This document shows positions 56,951 through 64,000 of a stretch of DNA of 64,000 bases, one piece after another. Numbering within the stretch: position 1 is the stretch's first letter; every line of letters begins with the position of its first letter. The stretch is taken from positions 682,001-746,000 of the forward strand of contig OX597841.1 of the NCBI GenBank assembly GCA_951406725.2. Direction: 5' to 3'. Source of the stretch: Octopus vulgaris. Taxonomy: Eukaryota. Below the pieces are notes generated by a model. The model saw only the letters and a program-made list of their open reading frames with translations. It was not told the origin of the DNA and ran no database searches. The translations under genes were made by a program, and so were the position numbers.

Positions 56951-58534
56951 ATTATTATAATAATAATAATAATAATAATTATTATTATTATTATTATTAT
57001 TAGTATTATCATTTTATTATTATTGAGTGAGAGAGCAGTTCATGCCATCAAAGTGACACTGGGGTAAAATATACGAAGCCCAGTATACCCATCATGACTA
57101 CCCGTCTGATAAGGGTACACCAGGCACATGCATCACAACCATATGTGCGTGACATGGTGATATCATATCAAAATAAACAGCACATGATCTTGCAGGTGGA
57201 GCTCAGTTAGAATTTTTTTTAGGTGGAGTAACCCATCCCACTCGAAAGGTCCCTGAATAAGGGCTGTTTAAGGATGTTGAACGAAACACCCATGTTTCCA
57301 GAGGTCAATTATTCAAACCCCAAAGAATCCCTCTCAACACATGGCTATGATGTCCACCCACTACTTCTGCTCGTGATCAGAGATGCAGATATCGTCAGCC
57401 AAAGGGACATGCTCAACTGGTTAAAGTCAAACAACTGATTTGGTGGGGGAAACAAGGAGGATGCGTGTGTGTGTTTGTGTGTCAGGGTTTGTTTTGACAT
57501 GTGCTGGGGCTGGTGGGGTAGTCCATTCCATTTCAGGTGTGTTGTCTGAAATGTCTTTCCTCCTGGCCTCCACATCTGGTGTCTCTGCTTCCACTTCTGA
57601 TGTCTCTGCTTCAGAGGTTGCCTCGGCTGTCGTTGAAGATGCAGCATCTTTTCCAGGAGGTAGGAGAGCCAAAGCTTCCACGGAAGGATGCGCCCACTGT
57701 GCTCTTATGTGACCCTTTTGACCACATTGGTATCATCTGGGCTTCCTGCCCTCGACCATCACTCGAAGCCTGGTCTCCTCCCCCACCTGTATAGTATCGA
57801 CAATTTCTCTCAAATCAGCAGGGGCTGCTTTTATTACAGGGCAGGGACATCTCTAGTCCCTGCCCTTGACAGATTTGTTGTTCTATTTTGGTTGCCTGGA
57901 GGTTGGATATTTTATCCTCCAGCCCCATCACAAGTGCTGCCACCAACCAGGTAACGATCACATCTGGCGGAATTACTCCAACCTTTATCAATGAAAGAAG
58001 ACGTATTTGAAAGCTTGCTGTATTTTCTCTTCTGTGGAGAAATACTGTCGTATTAGTGAAGAAGCTTGATCTTAGTGGATAGTCTGTGTGTTTTGGTCAT
58101 TTCAGGCACATCTGAGTCTGTAATTAATACTGATAAGGGAACATCGGACTGAGAGCAGGCATTAATGAAGACTCCTTAATCGTTAGAGCAAAATATTAAG
58201 AGTAGAAGACAGGATAGATCAGCGGAAAACGTGACGTTAATGAGTAGTTCTGATATCAACCGTTCACATAACGAACTACGGCGTAGTCACCCCTGAGTCA
58301 CCTCAAATTAATAATATATTAATATATTTTATTAATATATTAATAAAAATCTACATATTCATATTTTGAGTTTACATCAATTGTACCTATACATACATAC
58401 ATATACATATACACACATACATACATATATACATACATACATACATACACACATACATACATACATACATACATACATACATACATACATACATACATAC
58501 ATACATACATACATACATACATACATACATACGT

Positions 58535-58601
<67 letters not shown>

Positions 58602-58603
<2 letters not shown>

Positions 58604-60068
58604 CGGTTAAGTAATTGAGATTCTAGTGAATTCTAAAGAAGTCACATGAATATGGTCCTTAACTAGGATGCACCGGAAATCTATATGGTTTTAACCATAC
58701 GACAAGTGGGGTGATTACAAATAGGAAAAAAGCAACAAGAATGGATTAAAATCTCGGTACGATCGTTTCGTACGAGGACATCTTTAATAAGCTACAAAAA
58801 TGCAGTGAATACAGATGGCTCGTACTCGTCAGCCGAAAAAACATCAGAGAATTCCCAAACATCAAAAGGGGTAGATACAAAAGAGGTTGTAAGATTAGCT
58901 GCATTGAAGAAAGTTCGATTCATGGAGATCCGATGAAAGGTTTTAAACTTACAGAATTTGTGCATGTCTAGATATAGCTCATATTGAATATTTAATCAAG
59001 TTGTGTGAAGAAATTTTCGGATACAGTCATGCAAAATTTCTGAAAATCCGAGTAAGAGGCAAAGTGACTGCCATATCATGTAGAGGAAAGTCTGAGTAAA
59101 AGCAAAGTGACTGTCATATCGAGAAGAGGAACACATTGTTATTGAAATTTACAAGAATCGCAGATAAGTTCGATTTTTGGAGATCCGATGAAAAGTCTTG
59201 AACTTACAAAATATGTGTATGATGTTCACCCAGTTCATAATCCAGTTTTGTGAAGCAGATTTAGGGTACATCATGCGAAAAATATCAGGGAATGCTCGAA
59301 TGGTTAAAGTCAAAATGACAGTCTTATATTGTAGCGGTTCAGGTTGTTAATGAATTTTACAAGAATCACAGAAAGGAGGATGCGAAGTAGTTTTAATCAG
59401 TTACTGCTATTTAAGTTATCAATGTGAAAGGAAAGGGGGCTAAGGGGATGGGCATTTCAGGTTGATACTAACAGAAAAATCTAAGCTTGTTTAGTGCAAA
59501 ATTCGAACTGAGGTCAACAATTTATTTCTGCTTATTTATAAATGTTACTATTAATAGATTGCCTCAGGCTGTACAAAGAGGTCATTAGAAAGGAAGAAAG
59601 ATGGGGTTGTGCTTTTAAATGAAATTAAACAATTATATTATTATTATACTATACTATAATACACTACACTATATTATATTATATTATATCACATCACAAT
59701 ACACTACGATAGGTCTGGGATTAGCAGAATTAATTTTTAGTGTAAAAGAAATTAAGAGATTTAACTAACTAATATTTGTAATGGGTTAAAAAATAGACTA
59801 AGAAATGGAGATAAAAATAGAGCAAAATTTAATTTATTAATAATATGGTCCAATAGAAATAAATCAAATAATTTAAATCAATAAGTATTAAATAGTACCA
59901 TCAGAGAGAGAAATTATAATCATAGCTAGTTAGATCTTATCTTTCTAGTTAAATATAATATACTATGTAGGAGTGATATGTAAGTCAAAATGAATTTTAT
60001 GCAAAATGATTCCAGTATACAGTTATCAATTGAGATATCATTTAAAATATCATTTAAAATATTTAAGA
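58602..60068 (-). mobile_element. Inverted copy of the Penelope-like 3' non-coding region
   Basis: 58721-60068 is the reverse complement of 61480-62816; sits next to (TA)n and is absent from the duplicate at ~15100. Confidence 0.85.
58752..58838 (-). ncRNA. Inverted copy of the same hammerhead ribozyme
   Basis: Reverse complement of the core and stems at 62701-62786. Confidence 0.82.
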
Positions 60069-60464
60069 ATACTGATAAGGGAACATCGGACTGAGAGCAG
60101 GCATTAATGAAGACTCCTTAATCGTTAGAGCAAAATATTAAGAGTAGAAGACAGGATAGATCAGCGGAAAACGTGACGTTAATGAGTAGTTCTGATATCA
60201 ACCGTTCACATAACGAACTACGGCGTAGTCACCCCTGAGTCACCTCAAATTAATAATATATTAATATATTTTATTAATATATTAATAAAAATCTACATAT
60301 TCATATTTTGAGTTTACATCAATTGTACCTATACATACATACATATACATATACACACATACATACATATATACATACATACATACATACACACATACAT
60401 ACATACATACATACATACATACATACATACATACATACATACATACATACATACATACATACGT

Positions 60465-60496
<32 letters not shown>

Positions 60497-62812
60497 CAAC
60501 CTCATAGAAAGAATTAAATTCAGGGATTACCTGTTAAGATATAATCACCACCTCAAACATCTCAGTAAATTTATAAAATCAACTCGAAATAAGAAAGGAA
60601 TATTAGTACCAGCTGACAAAACTGGCAATTTTTATAGAGTAGACTATACACTCTACATCAATCTAATTAACAAGGAGCTTAACTCCAAATACACTGTAGA
60701 GTGTATAGTCTACTCTATAAAAATTGCCAGTTTTGTCAGCTGGTACTAATATTCCTTTCTTATTTCGAGTTGATTTTATAAATTTACTGAGATGTTTGAG
60801 GTGGTGATTATATCTTAACGGGTGATCCTTGAATTTAATTCTTTCTATGAGGTTGAGTAGGTCTTTTCAAAATTATCAAGGAGTGGATTTGGAGGTGGGC
60901 TCTTCCTGCTTCTAAATATTCTGTCGAACTTCTTATTAGTAATCCTTCGTTTCGTATTCTTTCTATGTTTGATATCGAAGTGGTATGTTCTCCATCTAAT
61001 CCTTCTAATGAAATCGTTTATCCTGTGAATGAGTAGCCAATAATACTCATCTTTACTATGGAGGGAGATGTCTTTAGGGGAAAACTCGAAGTTTATTTTT
61101 TCCATTCTTGCTGAGAAGTTAAGGACCGGAAAAACAGTACAAGTGCTCCGTAACCACAGATAATAATAAGTTCTCTTATGTTGGATGCACTGTAAATTTT
61201 AAACAGAGATTGAATAACCATCTCTCATCCTTTAAATTACGTCATAAGGCTGATAGCACCACTCTTTCTAGTAATATTTGGGAACTAAAAAACAATAATA
61301 TCAAATATAACCTTAATTGGGAATTAGTCAGAAGAGCAAAACCCTATAAAAATAGCAGAGTAGGCTGCCAACTTTGCTCCATGGAAGCATTTGAAATACT
61401 AATGTATAGAAATAATGGAGAAATCCAATTAAACAGCAGAATTGAACTGAAAATCTTGTATACATGCTCGAGTTAAGACTCTTAAATATTTTAAATGATA
61501 TTTTAAATGATATCTCAATTGATAACTGAATACTGGAATCATTTTGCATAAAATTCATTTTGACTTACATATCACTCCTACATAGTATATTATATTTAAC
61601 TAGAAAGATAAGATCTAACTAGCTATGATTATAATTTCTCTCTCTGATGGTACTATTTAATACTTATTGATTTAAATTATTTGATTTATTTCTATTGGAC
61701 CATATTATTAATAAATTAAATTTTGCTCTATTTTTATCTCCATTTCTTAGTCTATTTTTTAACCCATTACAAATATTAGTTAGTTAAATCTCTTAATTTC
61801 TTTTACACTAAAAATTAATTCTGCTAATCCCAGACCTATCGTAGTGTATTGTGATGTGATATAATATAATATAATATAGTGTAGTGTATTATAGTATAGT
61901 ATAATAATAATATAATTGTTTAATTTCATTTAAAAACAACCCCATCTTTCTTTCCTTTCTAACGACCTCTTTGTAACCTGACAATCTATTAATAGTAACA
62001 TTTATAAATAAAGAAATAAATTGTTGACCTCAGTTCGAATTTTGCACTAAACAAGCTTAGATTTTTCTGTTAGTATCAACTTGTGCCCATCCCCTTAGCC
62101 TCCCCTTTCCTTTCTCTTTGATAGCTTAAATAGCAGTAACTGATTAAATTTCTACTTCCTTCCTCCTCTTTCTGTGATTCTTGTAAAATTCATTAACAAC
62201 CTGAACCGCTACAATATAAGACTGTCATTTTGCTTCTCATTCGGATTCCCTGATATTTTTCGCATGATTGTACCCTAAATCTCTTCACAAAACTGGATTA
62301 TGAACTATACGAACATACACACATATTTTGTAAGTTCAAGACTTTTCATCGGATCTCCAAAAATCGAACTTATCTGCGATTCTTGTAAATTTCAATAACA
62401 ATGTGTTCCTCTTCTCGATATGACAGTCACTTTGCTTTTACTCAGACTTTCCTCTACATGATATGGCAGTCACTTTGCCTCTTACTCGGATTTTCAGAAA
62501 TTTTGCATGACTGTATCCGAAAATTTCTTCACACAACTTGATTAAATATTCAATATGAGCTATATGTAGACATGCACAAATTCTGTAAGTTTAAAACCTT
62601 TCATCGGATCTCCATGAATCGAACTTTCTTCAATGCAGCTAATCTTACAACCTCTTTTGTATCTACCCCTTTTGATGTTTGGGAATTCTCTGATGTTTTT
62701 TCGGCTGACGAGTACGAGCCATCTGTATTCACTGCATTTTTTGTAGCTTATTAAAGATGTCCTCGTACGAAACGATCGTACCGAGATTTTAATCCATTCT
62801 TGTTGCTTTTTT

Positions 62813-62816
<4 letters not shown>
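60497..62816. mobile_element. Rearranged Penelope-like retroelement: ORF N-terminus (- strand), GIY-YIG endonuclease C-terminus (+ strand), 3' region with hammerhead
   Basis: Minus ORF 61105-60845 MEKINFEFSPKDI...FIRRIRWR...FRSRKSPP, then LVPADKTGNFY. Plus strand from ~61165 SYVGCTVNFKQRLNNHLSSF...TLSSNIWELK...W...CQLC..E...LNSR.E. These are motifs I recognise from Penelope-like ORFs. Flanked by (TA)n. Confidence 0.85.
62699..62786 (+). ncRNA. Type I (minimal stem III) hammerhead ribozyme in the 3' region of a Penelope-like element
   Basis: Stem I TTTCGG/CCGAGA, core CTGACGA, stem II GTACGAG/CTCGTAC, GAAAC, palindromic loop GATC, GTA cleavage triplet (cut after 62780). Confidence 0.85.
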
Positions 62817-62882
<66 letters not shown>

Positions 62883-64000
62883 AGCTTTCTTTGTAGAACT
62901 TGCATTAACGAATCTATACATTTTAATCCCAGTTCAGGGGCCATGAGATGTGTGTGTGCGAGTGTGCGCGTATGAGTGTGAATCTGCAATTGTTACCTTT
63001 GTAATTAAGATTCACTGAAGCAAAAATCACTTGCGTGTTTATTTGTCAAGAAATATTGATATTTTTTAAAGTCAACAATGAGTGATTGAAACTGTGTTTG
63101 ATGCAGATATATGAACGTGCACTGATCGCCTTATCAGCGTGACGGATTTGATTGCATTTCTCCATTGGAAATCTTTGGCCTGGCGAGGTCACCAGTTCAG
63201 CCATTGTATCCCCTACACAAGCACCATCACCAGCAACTATTACTAGAATGTCAGAATCAGAAACACAACAGCAACAGCATTATCAACATCGGACCGACTT
63301 CTATAACTACACTTGCATAATCTCTCTACGTTTGGTGAAACGCTTGACTCTACTCAAGGAGTCTTCTTCTTCATAGAAATAGAAGAAGACGTATTCAAAA
63401 GCTTCGTGTATTTTCTTTTTCTTCCGGGGAGAAACACTAGCACATTAGTAAGCAAGTTTGATCTTAGAGGATGGTATAAATGCACAGGCTCTGCTCTTTG
63501 GTCATTTCTGACACACCTGACTGCGGGTAATACTGATTAGGGGACGTCAGACCGAGAGCAGTCATTTATGAAGATTCCTGAATCCGATAAGGAAAATATT
63601 GATAGAAGACTGTTGTTAACGTCCATCCAATCCAGCTGACCACCACTGGTGATCCACACAAGTCACGTTTTACCTGTTAATAAAGAATCCATATAAATAT
63701 GATCAGAAGAAAATTGTGACCTTAATGAACTGTCCTGATATCAACCGTTCACATAACGAACTCAGTGAAAGTGGGTTTTTTTCTATATCGCGTGGTATTT
63801 CATGTCAACGACTGTGTGTAATGATTAGAATGTGTAATGATTAAGATGAGGTTGTGTGAGCGTCTGTGTTTGTGTATGTGTGTTTAAGTATGTGTGTTTG
63901 TGTGTGTGTGCGTGTTAAGTTTACTATGCGTGCATTGTGAAGGGGACGCGAATTTGTGCTGTTTATATGAAGTCTATTTTATAAGGTCTAGCTGCCATGT

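Larger units (their letters stand above)
48290..64000 (+). repeat. Direct segmental duplication of ~4442-16280 (runs off the window end)
   Basis: Colinear high identity from aaggatgtaataaaaatgag (4442/48290) to ataaggtctagctgcca (16261/63981). Differs by SNPs, microsatellite lengths, a ~300-bp deletion (14290-14590 absent) and element insertions. Confidence 0.93.

Overview
AT-rich, microsatellite-dense eukaryotic DNA. The SINE families and repeat landscape look cephalopod (octopus-like), which is an inference. Nearly all listed ORFs are microsatellite artefacts. The real coding content is a tandem cluster of a 5-exon gene family that I assembled by hand from GT-AG sites with consistent phases (1/0/2/1). 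It encodes ~280-aa proteins with a signal peptide, a two-cysteine PAN/Apple-like N-terminal domain and a Trp-rich C-terminal domain I cannot name. There are three intact genes: A (+, 875-6998), B (+, 21099-30564) and C (-, 47111-39827). There are also two orphan exon sets: D (-, exons 3-4) and E (+, exons 3-5). B and C lie tail-to-tail in the arms of a ~26-kb inverted duplication whose introns are nearly identical while exons 1-4 are strongly diverged. Both end in 94-bp tandem arrays of AATAAA-containing units. A direct segmental duplication (4442-16280 vs 48290-64000) provides filled/empty-site comparisons for insertions. The window also holds several type I hammerhead ribozyme motifs in Penelope-like or small microsatellite-inserted elements, a rearranged Penelope element, fragments of mariner, CR1/L2, R4/Dong-like and zinc-knuckle LINEs, a Helitron, MITEs and many SINEs.
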